Source of the DNA: an uncultured Acidobacteriota bacterium
GTDB lineage: Bacteria > Acidobacteriota > UBA6911
Assembly: GCA_963843575.1 (NCBI GenBank)
Contig: CAWJKZ010000024.1
Coordinates: forward strand, 352,001 to 416,000
DNA: 64,000 nt
Direction: 5' to 3'
Positions 44,884-53,966 of the stretch are shown here, piece after piece. The notes under the pieces are model-generated. The model did no database searches. It saw only the letters and a list, made by a program, of their open reading frames with translations, and was not told the DNA's origin. The translations under genes were made by a program, and so were the position numbers. Each line of letters opens with the position of its first letter. Positions within the stretch are counted from its first letter, which is position 1.

Positions 44884-46494
44884 GTGACCTTGCAGTTTCC
44901 CGTCAGACTAATACCGCCCTTGCTCTCCATCCTGCTGGCTGCGGCATTCGCGCAGGCCGCGGAGCTGCCGGCCGTGGTCCTGCTCGGCGACTCGGCGCGG
45001 CCCGGCTACGCCGACGCCGTCGCGCGGCTCCTTCAGGGCCGGGCCAGGGTGATCGTACCCGAACCTGGCGACGGCGATGGCTGGGCCTCCGGGAAACCCG
45101 CGCTCATTCACTTCCAGATCGGGCCGCCGGGCTCGATTCCCCTGCCCGAGTACGAGTCGAGGCTGCGACGGAACCTCGCGAGGCTGCGGGGGATCCCGGG
45201 CGCCGCCCTGGTGTGCGCCACCTCGCCCCCGGTCGGTGCCGACTCGGAGGTGCGGCGCTATAACGAGGCTGCAGCGCGCATCATCGTGGACGCCGGCGTG
45301 CCGGTGCACGACCTTTACGCGCTGGCGGAAGCACACGGAGCGGCCCGCGACGAGGCCCTGGGCGAGGCGGTTGCGGACTGCGTCGTCCGCCACCTCACGA
45401 TCGCGTCATATCGCCCGCTGCCGGCCGCGCCGTCCGGGCCGGAAGCTGCGAGCGTCTACAGGGAATCCGAGGTGGGTCGCGACGCCCTCGTGCCGGAGTA
45501 CTACAAGCGCATGGAGTTCGGGGAATTCGCGGTGCCGCAGTCGGCTTCTGCATGGGAGGAGAGGAGGCCGTCGGTCCTCAAATCGGTGCTCGAATCCCTC
45601 GGCGACCTGCCGCCGCGGCCGGCGCCGGTGCGGGCGCGAGTGGTCTCCGTCGAGCTGCGGCGGGATTTCCGCCTGGAAAAGGTGCGGATCGGCAACGGCG
45701 GGGAAGGCGAAATTTCGTCGCTTCTGCTGATCCCGAACAAGCTCGCGGGGCCAGCCCCAGCCGTCCTGTGGCTGCACTCGTCGACCCCGGACCACACCCA
45801 GATCATCATCCCCGGTACCAACGGCGGCGAGGAATCGCTCGGCGAAGCGTTTCTCCGAGCGGGCTACGTGGTTCTCTCCCCCGACGCCTTCTGGCATGGC
45901 GACCGGGTCGGCACCGGGCCGGCGGGGAAGTCCGAGACCGGTAGGGACGAGCAGGAAAGCCTTTTCAAGCTGCACCTCTGGCTGGGCCGCACGCTCTGGG
46001 GCATGTTCGTGCGCGACGATCAGGTGGCGTTGGACTACCTGGTCAGCCGGCCTGAAGTGGACCGGTCGCGCATCGGGACGACGGGCATGAGCATGGGGAG
46101 CACGCGTGCGTGGTGGCTGGCCGCCGTCGACGACCGCATCGCGGCCGCCGTGGGGGTTGCCTGCTTCACCCGGTACCAGAACCTGATCGCCCACGGCCAG
46201 CTGCGGCAGCACGGCGTGTACTACTTCACCGACGGACTGCTGCGTCACTTCGACACGGAAGGGGTCCTGGCCCTCATCGCGCCCCGGCCGTTCCTCGCCT
46301 TGACCGGCGACCTTGACGCGGGTTCTCCCGTCGACGGCATCCGCGTCCTCGAGGATCGGGTTGGGCGCACGTACGGCGCGCTCGGCGCGCGCGAGCGCTT
46401 CCGGAGCGTCGTCTACCCGGAGCTGGGGCATTCCTTCACCCCGGCGATGCGGGCCGAGCTGCTGGCGTGGTTTGACCGCTGGCTGAGGCGATGA
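44884..46494 (+). CDS. secreted fusion of an SGNH-like domain and an alpha/beta hydrolase (DLH/esterase)
   Basis: LLGDS N-terminal block; GMSMG nucleophile elbow; C-terminal D..H. Confidence 0.75.
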   Translation: MTLQFPVRLIPPLLSILLAAAFAQAAELPAVVLLGDSARPGYADAVARLLQGRARVIVPEPGDGDGWASGKPALIHFQIGPPGSIPLPEYESRLRRNLARLRGIPGAALVCATSPPVGADSEVRRYNEAAARIIVDAGVPVHDLYALAEAHGAARDEALGEAVADCVVRHLTIASYRPLPAAPSGPEAASVYRESEVGRDALVPEYYKRMEFGEFAVPQSASAWEERRPSVLKSVLESLGDLPPRPAPVRARVVSVELRRDFRLEKVRIGNGGEGEISSLLLIPNKLAGPAPAVLWLHSSTPDHTQIIIPGTNGGEESLGEAFLRAGYVVLSPDAFWHGDRVGTGPAGKSETGRDEQESLFKLHLWLGRTLWGMFVRDDQVALDYLVSRPEVDRSRIGTTGMSMGSTRAWWLAAVDDRIAAAVGVACFTRYQNLIAHGQLRQHGVYYFTDGLLRHFDTEGVLALIAPRPFLALTGDLDAGSPVDGIRVLEDRVGRTYGALGARERFRSVVYPELGHSFTPAMRAELLAWFDRWLRR

Positions 46495-46539
46495 TTTTTC
46501 TGGTGGTAGGGAGTTGTGAAGTGAGTTCGGGAAAAAGAA

Positions 46540-46772
46540 ATGGTCGCTGTTGATCCCGTTTCCTTGACCCGATGCTTTCGGAATCCTCTCACCCGTTGCC
46601 CGGGTTCGAGTTTGGGTCGGCGGGAGCTACCCTTTGCCGGAGCTTTCTTCCGGCAATCCCGGCCGGCTTCGACGCCTGCCGGTTCCGACCTCCTAGTGCA
46701 ACGAACAAACCTGTTAAGCCCGTCCGTCGCCCTTCAACCGGTGTTCAAGGTCACGCAAATCACAGCGACCAT
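46540..46772 (-). ncRNA. ~233-nt structured ncRNA (possibly a divergent 6S RNA, otherwise an unclassified motif)
   Basis: 5' AUGGUCGCUGU pairs with 3' ACAGCGACCAU, extended by GAUUU-CGU/ACGGGAUC and CCUUGA/UCAAGG; G-U pairs form only on the minus strand; upstream promoter; U-rich tail. Confidence 0.75.
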
Positions 46773-46776
46773 GCTC

Positions 46777-46805
46777 ATAATGCCCCTGCGGCGCGAAACC
46801 GTCAA
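46777..46805 (-). promoter_or_regulatory. sigma70 promoter of the ncRNA
   Basis: TTGACG-17 bp-CATTAT, predicted start ~46770-46772. Confidence 0.75.
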
Positions 46806-46826
46806 CAGCATTTCTTTCAGCAAAAG

Positions 46827-46851
46827 TTATCCACAGGATATGTGTGGCTAA
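46827..46851. promoter_or_regulatory. pair of DnaA-box-like sites
   Basis: Perfect TTATCCACA (46827-46835) and an inverted 1-mismatch copy TGTGGCTAA (46843-46851). Confidence 0.5.
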
Positions 46852-46922
46852 TATCGAGAGATCGGGACCCGGGCCCCAGCGCCTGAGTTTCCATTCCGGG
46901 AAACTCCAGAATTTCACGTTAA

Positions 46923-47080
46923 TCTGGAGTGCGGCGCCTCGGCGCGCTTTGGTGATGGCGCCTCGGCGCCACATCCAGGCAACTCGCTGAGGCATCGGGC
47001 ATTCCGGCCGCAGGAACAGGCGGCGTCGAGCCGCCGCACTCCGCAATCAATCGTCGGACAGCCTCTCCGGCTCGGACCTG
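46923..47080. repeat. REP-like element (TGGAGTGCGGCG family)
   Basis: TCTGGAGTGCGGCGCCTCGGCGC ... GCGGCGTCGAGCCGCCGCACTCC, with tail similar to the 3424-3536 copy. Confidence 0.75.
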
Positions 47081-47139
47081 CTGGAATTTTCGGGCAAGGT
47101 AAGGGGCTCCATCCAGCCCGATCCGGATGGTGGATTTGC

Positions 47140-47168
47140 TTGACTTCGCGCAGGGTGGTCTGTAAGCT
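47140..47168 (+). promoter_or_regulatory. tRNA promoter
   Basis: TTGACT-17 bp-TAAGCT, 11 nt before the tRNA. Confidence 0.7.
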
Positions 47169-47179
47169 TTCCCCCGTGT

Positions 47180-47256
<77 letters not shown>

Positions 47257-47295
47257 ACGGATTCATAAAGCACAACGTCATAAAGCTAATATCCA

Positions 47296-47326
47296 CAGGG
47301 GGCTGCGAAGTCCCCTGATTTGTTTT
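47296..47326 (+). terminator. terminator after the tRNA
   Basis: CAGGGGGC/GTCCCCTG stem followed by ATTTGTTTT. Confidence 0.6.
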
Positions 47327-47337
47327 GGGCAGCGTTT

Positions 47338-48246
47338 TCACTGCACCACCGACTCCTTCGGCACCGTTTCTACCACAGATCTACCACAAGTCCCGGCGAA
47401 CACTTTTCCTAGCACTTCCGCCGTATGGTTCATCTGATCGCGATCGACGTGAGTGTAGATGTCTCCCGTCGTCGCGACGTTGGAATGACCGAGTAGGCTC
47501 TGTGCCAGCTTAAGGCTGCCTGTCTCTTTGTGGATGATGCTGCCGGCCAGGTGCCGAAACATATGAGCGCCCGACGCCCGCTTCTGGAATGGCACGCCGG
47601 CCTTTTCCATGGAAGGAGTGATGCCCAGCTTCCTGAACGAATCAGGGTCCATCGGTGTTCCGTCCTCCTGGCAGAAGACGAAATCGTCAGGGCCCGTGAA
47701 TCTTGAGTCAGCCCGATGCTTCAGTAAAAAGTGGGACAGCTCCTCGGGCATTGCGAGATCCCGCCTGCTGGCCTCAGTCTTCAGCTCCCCGACTTGCTTC
47801 TTCCAGACCTTTTCCCGAACGAAGATTCTCTTGCCGAGAAAGTCCCGATGACGCCACCGGAGTCCCCGAAGTTCGCTCAGTCGGACACCTGTCATCGCGA
47901 CCGTGGCGATTGCCGTCTTAAACGGGGGTTCCGCTGCTTCAAGTATGGCTCGACCCTGTTCAGGGCTGATATGAGCTTTCTCCTTCTTGCGAACCTTCGG
48001 GCGATGCACCTTCGCCCTTAAGGGCATTTTGCTCATCAGGTCGTTGTCGACAGCAACTTCCAGCATGAGCTTCAATAGCCCGTAGATGTTCAGGCGGTAG
48101 TGTTCGCTCAGCCCTAGCTTGGTCAACCGGCTCATAAACTCCGAGCTATCGGTCGGCTGGATCTCGTCGAGAACACGGTCCCCCCAATAGGGCAGGATGT
48201 GCTTCTTGAGCATCGCGTTATTCCCGTTGATCGTGGATGGCTGCAT
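47338..48246 (-). CDS. tyrosine recombinase/integrase, probably N-terminally truncated
   Basis: TGVRLSEL, LKTEAS, HMFRH, LGHS..TT..IYTH. Confidence 0.9.
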   Translation of the reverse strand: MQPSTINGNNAMLKKHILPYWGDRVLDEIQPTDSSEFMSRLTKLGLSEHYRLNIYGLLKLMLEVAVDNDLMSKMPLRAKVHRPKVRKKEKAHISPEQGRAILEAAEPPFKTAIATVAMTGVRLSELRGLRWRHRDFLGKRIFVREKVWKKQVGELKTEASRRDLAMPEELSHFLLKHRADSRFTGPDDFVFCQEDGTPMDPDSFRKLGITPSMEKAGVPFQKRASGAHMFRHLAGSIIHKETGSLKLAQSLLGHSNVATTGDIYTHVDRDQMNHTAEVLGKVFAGTCGRSVVETVPKESVVQ

Positions 48247-48459
48247 CCCTCGGTTCTCAGTGTCCTTGCGGCAAGGGTGCGGGATCTTTAGAAGCGAGCG
48301 CGGGGGAAAGTTTCAGTCGATCAGCTGCAGGCCGCCGTCGCCCTGACTGCAAAGCCATCGCTCCAGGTATTCCTCCACCGCCTGGCGCCCGCCCTGCGCG
48401 ATCACGATGTCGAGCAGTTCCGGAACGTGTCAATGATTTTGAGACACCTGAAACTCGAA

Positions 48460-49586
48460 ATTAGTGTCGTTTTTTATCGCTCGAACTGCATCGTTTAACA
48501 GCCCAGCCTCTGAAAATCGTGGACCCCGCATCAACCCTGGTTCTGCAACTCCGACCATCGATCCCATGTTGCCGCTTATGGAAATCTCAATGCCTTCCGG
48601 CTTGTCCTTTGGTTTGTTGATCCAGGCCGCTTCCGGCAATGTCGGTGGCACTCGGCGTTCCACGGACGAAACGTTCCGGATGGGCGTCAAGCGCCGAAGA
48701 AAGAACGATCCGCCGTTGGCTGGTCACCAGCTCGGCTTTGCCATAATGAACCATTTCCGGAGTCAGCAGTCCGATGCCGCTGTGGCGATGTTCGCAGTTG
48801 TACCAGGGGAAAAAATCCTGGCAAAAAGAGCGAGCATCCTGGATGGAGCCAAAGCGGTCGGGAAAACCCGGACGATACTTCAGCGTCTTAAACTGCGATT
48901 CCGAATACGGATTATCATCGGACACATGCGGCCGGCTGTGGCTTTTCGTGATGCCGAGATCCGCCAGCAGCAAAGCCACGGGCTTGGATTTCATCGAAGA
49001 TCCACGGTCGGCATGAATCGTCAGTTGCCCGGGCAGCACGTTCTGCTTCTCGCACGTTTCCGCAATGAGGCGCTTGGCGAGCGCGCTGCTCTCGTGGGGA
49101 GCAATCATCCAGCCGACCACGTACCGGCTGAAGATATCCAGAATCACATACAGGTAAAAGTACGACCACTTCACCGGACCGAGCAGCTTCGTGATGTCCC
49201 ACGACCAGACCTGATTGGGAGCGGTGGCCAGGAGCTCCGGTGCTTTGTAGTGGGGATGCCGAGCCTGATCGCGGCGCTCCCGGACTTCGCCGGCATCCTC
49301 CAAAATGCGATACATGGTGCGAACCGAACAATGGTAGGTTCCCTCATCCAGCAGGGTGGCGTACACCTCGGTCGGCGCTTTATCCACGAAGCGATCCGTG
49401 TGCAGGACGTCCAGGACTTGCCTGCCGTTCGATCGCGCTCAGAGCCCTCGGCGGCGCAGGCGCGAGGTCGGCCTCTCCTCGAGCGCCGGCGCCAAGCCGG
49501 CGATAGTACGTCGGCCTGGCAATGTCCAGCGATCTGCAGGCAGCAACGGTTCCTACTTCCTTCGACAGCTCCTGGCAGGCAATCAT
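48460..49586 (-). CDS. IS3-family transposase OrfB (DDE/rve), frameshifted; end approximate
   Basis: PNQVWSWDIT, DIFSRYVVGW, HADRG, SDDNPYSESQFKTLKY. Confidence 0.9.
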
Positions 49587-52175
49587 TCGTCGTCCTCGTT
49601 CTGCTCGATCGGGGGAACCGTCAGACCCAGTAGATCGCAGAGTTTTTTTTGGACATCGATGATGATTTCGGCCTGCCTGAGCCGTTTTTGCAGGCGTTGG
49701 TTTTCCCGCGTCAGACGATGCACTTCACCGGCCAGCGGATTCCGCGGAACCGGCTTCTTGCCGCGCTTACGCGGCTCCAGGCCGGCGATCTCGCCCGTCT
49801 CCCGCTGCTTGCGCCAGGTGGTCAGGTGCGACGAATACAGGCCCTCACGCCGCAAGAGCGCCGGCAATCCCTCCGGACCCACCCTCGTCGGCTTCCTGCA
49901 GAATGCGACGCTTGTATGCTGCGGTGAATTGCCGTCGGACAGCCTTTGAGTCAACTTCGGGATCAGGGGCAGCCGGACCCGGGTCCGCGGGCGCCGCCCC
50001 GAGTATGGTTGCTCCTCCGCTATCGGGTAGGCGCCCGGGTCACGCCGAGCACCTCCCACGGAACCGTACGTGCGCTGTTCGCATACGGCTCTTCGGGATG
50101 GCGGGTTATTACCCCCGTCACCGGCCGGTTCACGACCTCGTGGTTCCCAGCGGCAGCCCAAGCTGCGCCGGGGCGTTGATGGTCGCCCAGATCTACCGGA
50201 ACCGTTCCAGAAGTGATACGAGCCCCCGTTCGGCGAAATACGCGTTGCGGAGTCCCCGATCTACTGCCGGATTGTGGCTCAACGCCCAGATGGACTGACG
50301 CCCCTCATAGATGCGTTGCCACGCCGTTTTCCGTCTAGATTCCAAGCCGAATGAGGCGTCGGGCGATCGTTCGCTTCGTCTTCCAGTGCTTCAGCACGAT
50401 CGCGCGCAAACGTCGCCGAATGTGCGCGTCCGCCTCTGGATACTCGCTCGATCCCCGGCGTGCAGACCCGGAAATGCCCAAGCCATCCTTGCAGGTACGC
50501 GTTGACCTCGGGATGGTCGCTTCAAGCGACTGCCCCCGAGATCGCGGCGTAAGCTCATGGATGCGCTCACGAAGCCGCTTTTCGCTGCGCTCTGACAGCA
50601 GAACCTCGACCAGGCCGCCTTCTACTGGCTGCAGCCGATATCCGAGGAAATGCCGTGTCTCCGGTCGGGCCACTGCGCTCTTGCTCTCATTCACCTTCAG
50701 GCGTAGTCGCCGGTTGATGAACGAGGTCACGCTTGCCATGACCCTTTGCCCCGCACGCTCGCTCCGGACGTAGATGTTGCAATCATCCGCGTACCGGACA
50801 AACCGATGCCCGCGCCGCGCCAGCTCCTCGTCGAGTTCGCTCAGCACGATGTTCGAGAGCAACGGAGAAAGCGGACCACCTTGCGGCACCCCTTCTTCCG
50901 TGCTCACCTTCACGCCGTCCGGCATTACCACTTTGGCCTTGAGCATCCGCCCGATTAGAGCCAGAGAGCCGCTTGTCGTCGAGCCGCTGTGCAAGCCGCC
51001 CCATCAAGCGCTGATGATGAACTCGATCGAAGAATTTCTCCAGATCCAAGTCCACCACCCAGTCGTGTGCCCTTCTCTACGTAGCTCCGTGCCTCCGCAA
51101 TCGCCGTCTGGCAGCTCCGGTTTGGACGAAACCCGTGGCTCGATTCATGGAACGTTGGCTCATACACCGGTTCAAGTACCAGCCGTACCGCCTCCTGTAC
51201 CATTCGATCGACCACGTTCGGAATCCCCAGCCCGCGCTGTCCGCCTCCCGCTTTCGGTATCCACACGCGCCGGATATCTCCGGGACGGTAGCTCCCATCC
51301 AGCAAGGAAGCGCGCAGCTCCGGCAATAGCTCTTGCAGGTGCTCGCGCACTTACTCAATGCTCTGCCGGTCCGGCCCGGGCGCTCCTTGATTCGCCGCCA
51401 CTTTCTCGAACGCCTCTTCGAGACGTTCGACTACCTCTTCCATCCTCGCAGGTCCGACTCTCTTCGGCTTGCTCTTCGTCTTCCGCACCTTCTGCAGTCG
51501 CGATGTGGATCGGTCCCTATCTCGTCTGCCCTCGGCTCCGCGTTGCCGCGGATTTTCGGCGGTCACGAAGTTCAGCGTCTGTTGTCGTTCCTCTTCCTTG
51601 ACCGGGACCGCTTTCCCTCCCCCGGACATACGAGTGTTCCGAGTTTGGCCCCGGTTTCCCGGCGCTTTTGGTACTATGCGGTCCTCTGACTTCTGCTGGG
51701 CCATTGGTTTTCGTCTTTCGTCCTACGACCTACCGCTTTCGCGGAACCCAGCAGATCTCGCTGGGTAATGCCAAGAGATTTTGCAGCCATCTCGTCGCCC
51801 ATACGCACGTGACTCCAACGAATATCGGGATTTTGTCGCTGCGAGCCGACTTACCCACCACGCACGCCTCACGGCGCTTCGCTTTCGCTCGAAACGCTCG
51901 CACACCTACGGCTTCTTCTGGACACCCCCTCGCGGGTCCTCCGGAAACCCTTGTCAGGTGTCCGGTTCGACTTGGTACTCCAAGCCAGTGCTCTTGCCTC
52001 ATCGGTGTCGGATTCCCTTCGTTAGGGCTCCGGGACAGGACTTGCGCCTTGCTGGCGCTCACCTCCGATCTCCTGGCCATGCCAGTCACACCCGTTCCGG
52101 CTCGCTACGCTCGCCTTCACTCCGCTTCGGAGCAACCATACCCGTCACTCCTTTCATCATTCCTGTCATTACCAT
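49583..52175 (-). CDS. IS3 OrfA split by the intron (exons 52175-52092 and 50021-49583; one further indel near 49860)
   Basis: Joined exons read MVMTGMMKGVTGMVAPKRSEGERSEPER|SGGATILG..PDPEVDSKAVRRQFTAAYKRRIL..LLRREGLYSSHL. Confidence 0.8.
50022..52091 (-). mobile_element. group II intron (IIC-like), 2070 nt
   Basis: 5' GTGTGACTGGC; short domain V GAGCCGTATGCG-AACAG-CGCACGTACGGTTC; domain VI ending ACCCGAT; internal RT ORF. Confidence 0.9.
50130..51445 (-). CDS. ltrA: group II intron reverse transcriptase/maturase (frameshifted, no endonuclease domain seen; ends approximate)
   Basis: GAPGPD, IPK..G.R.LGIP..DR, SHGFRP, DLEKFFD, GVPQGGPLSPLL, RYADD. Confidence 0.9.
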
Positions 52176-52249
52176 CTTGGATTTTCTCCCTGCCCTCTAC
52201 ATTAATTTAACCAGGGGCAGGTGTCTCACCATTATTGGCACAGAGGGGT

Positions 52250-52950
52250 TCGTTGATACGAAATCCAGGGCCGGAGTTTGCACGCACCATTGTGCGACGC
52301 ATCCAAACTACGACCCCATTCGGAGTTGAGTATGGGCGCTACTCTCGCCGGGGGGGGGTGGTGCGCCTACGGTCGTACCCCACAGCCTTGGCACCACCGT
52401 CAGTGCGGAGGTGCTCGTACTTCCCGGCTCTGTCACGCTCCAAGAGGCGAAGAACATGCTTTGGCGGCGCGAAACCCGGCAGGAGGGCTCTGGTCGAGTA
52501 TACTGGGACAGAGCCGCGGCGAATGCTGTACTGGTGCGGGATGCGAGGGAGTGCGGCGGGATCGAGCACGTCTTGTACACGGACTTCAATTCAGCCGGCA
52601 AGATCGTGACGCCTGATCCGCTGGAGCTTCCCCAAGCGGCAATAGCCAGCGTCTCGAAGGCGGAAACAGGCATGGACGGGATTAGCTACCTGATGGATCT
52701 GATCAGTGTGGGTGTAGATACCCTGCTCAGCCGGCAAGATCGTGACGCCTGATCCGCTGGAGCTTCCCCAAGCGGCAATAGCCAGCGTCTCGAAGGCGGA
52801 AACAGGCATGGACGGGATTAGCTACCTGATGGATCTGATCAGTGTGGGTGTAGATACCCTGCTTATGCCCTCGTATCGTGACGCAAATTCTGCAGCAAAC
52901 TGACACACGCTCCTTGGGCGAGGCTCTCCAAAGGGCAGGGGAACTTGGAG
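52250..52950 (+). pseudogene. 5'-truncated gene remnant (possibly gamma-glutamylcyclotransferase-like) with an internal duplication
   Basis: PFGVEYGR..GAPTVVP..LWRRE..GISYL segments; cut by the IS end. Confidence 0.45.
52591..52862 (+). repeat. perfect 136-bp tandem duplication
   Basis: 52591-52726 is identical to 52727-52862. Confidence 0.92.
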
Positions 52951-53031
52951 ACTCGCGCTCCTAGGGTTGTGGTGCCAAGGCGGATGCCAGGGGAGATTTG
53001 GCCGAGCAAGTCTGGAACCAAGAAGAAATGT

Positions 53032-53259
53032 TTAGCTGCGTTTCGCTTTACGTTTCGCCGCCCAGATCTTCTTCATCTTGACGCTCTGTGCCTTACGCTG
53101 CGCAGCAGTTCTTTTCCGCCGAGGTTTGCTTCTAGCCTGTGCGACGGCATGGGGAGATGCCGCGGGAGTTTTTCCGCGCAGCTTCGCCATCTCGACATCG
53201 ATCTGGTTTTTTCGGTTCTCAAGTGCCTCAATCGCAAGTTCCAGAATCCGTCTTTCCAT
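53032..53259 (-). CDS. 75-aa Lys/Arg-rich small protein (putative DNA-binding)
   Basis: GAGGT RBS; coiled N-terminus; RRKRTAAQRKAQS.KMKKIWAAKRK. Confidence 0.75.
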   Translation of the reverse strand: MERRILELAIEALENRKNQIDVEMAKLRGKTPAASPHAVAQARSKPRRKRTAAQRKAQSVKMKKIWAAKRKAKRS

Positions 53260-53381
53260 AGCACCTCGCCAAAATTGGAACAGAAGAGTAGGATATTTCA
53301 CAAAGAACGGCAAGCTATTTCTGACGCAATTTACCGTGGCCGTAGCAGATGACAAGAGTGCCATGAAAGGAAAGAGCAAGT

Positions 53382-53966
53382 ATGAGTGCCTTTGAAGGAC
53401 TAAAGCAGAACCATCCATGGTGGATAAAGTTGATCTTCATGACGCTAGTCATTCTGGCTACTCTCGGCGTCCTTGGACTCACAGGGTTCTACCTCTGGTT
53501 TCTCTTCCCGGTGCAGAAGATCCGCGGTCTTACGTATCTGGCAACTCCCCACTTGATCCTCTATTACGCCATCCTTAATCTGCTGGATGTGGCTGGGATC
53601 ATCCTGTTTGCGCAACTGCTCTATTTTCGACGCGTTAATGCCTACAATCCAATCCGCGACGGGATCATCCTGGGACTCTATATGGTCGTTTTGAGCTGGG
53701 GTGTTGACATTTTCGTCTATGTCTTTCTTCGGAACACACTGCCTTCCATTCACGAGTATTTCCTGGGAAAGAATCAGCCCGAGATTGGCATCGCATGGTT
53801 AGTAGGTTTTACCGCTGCTGTCCTGGCTGGCTGGCTGGAAAAGCGAAGACGGACGTTGCCGGCACATCTGTTCCGGCGAAAGGTGCTTCTCTGCTCGAGT
53901 GTCCTGATCGGCGCTGCAGCCGCACTCACCCTGATTGGAATCGCGCTCTTTGATATTCAACCCTGA
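53382..53966 (+). CDS. multi-TM membrane protein
   Basis: About 5 hydrophobic helices in a 194-aa ORF. Confidence 0.7.
   Translation: MSAFEGLKQNHPWWIKLIFMTLVILATLGVLGLTGFYLWFLFPVQKIRGLTYLATPHLILYYAILNLLDVAGIILFAQLLYFRRVNAYNPIRDGIILGLYMVVLSWGVDIFVYVFLRNTLPSIHEYFLGKNQPEIGIAWLVGFTAAVLAGWLEKRRRTLPAHLFRRKVLLCSSVLIGAAAALTLIGIALFDIQP

Larger units (their letters stand above)
48426..52242 (-). mobile_element. IS3-family insertion sequence interrupted by a group II intron
   Basis: Imperfect IRs CGTGTCAATGATTTTGAGACACCTG / TGTGCCAATAATGGTGAGACACCTG; orfA (52175-52092 plus 50021-49583) and orfB. Confidence 0.88.

Noticed and set aside
3343-46431. Long antisense or alternate-frame ORFs (e.g. 3343-5586, 22362-24023, 37052-39064)
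   Set aside because: Shadow ORFs typical of high-GC DNA; Arg/Pro/Gly-rich with no motifs, and opposite well-supported genes
50130-51445. Retron, DGR or defence RT
   Set aside because: RT has group II maturase motifs and lies within recognisable intron ends and domains V/VI
52591-52862. CRISPR array
   Set aside because: Only two abutting 136-bp copies with no spacers; no cas genes or repeat-spacer pattern anywhere in the window
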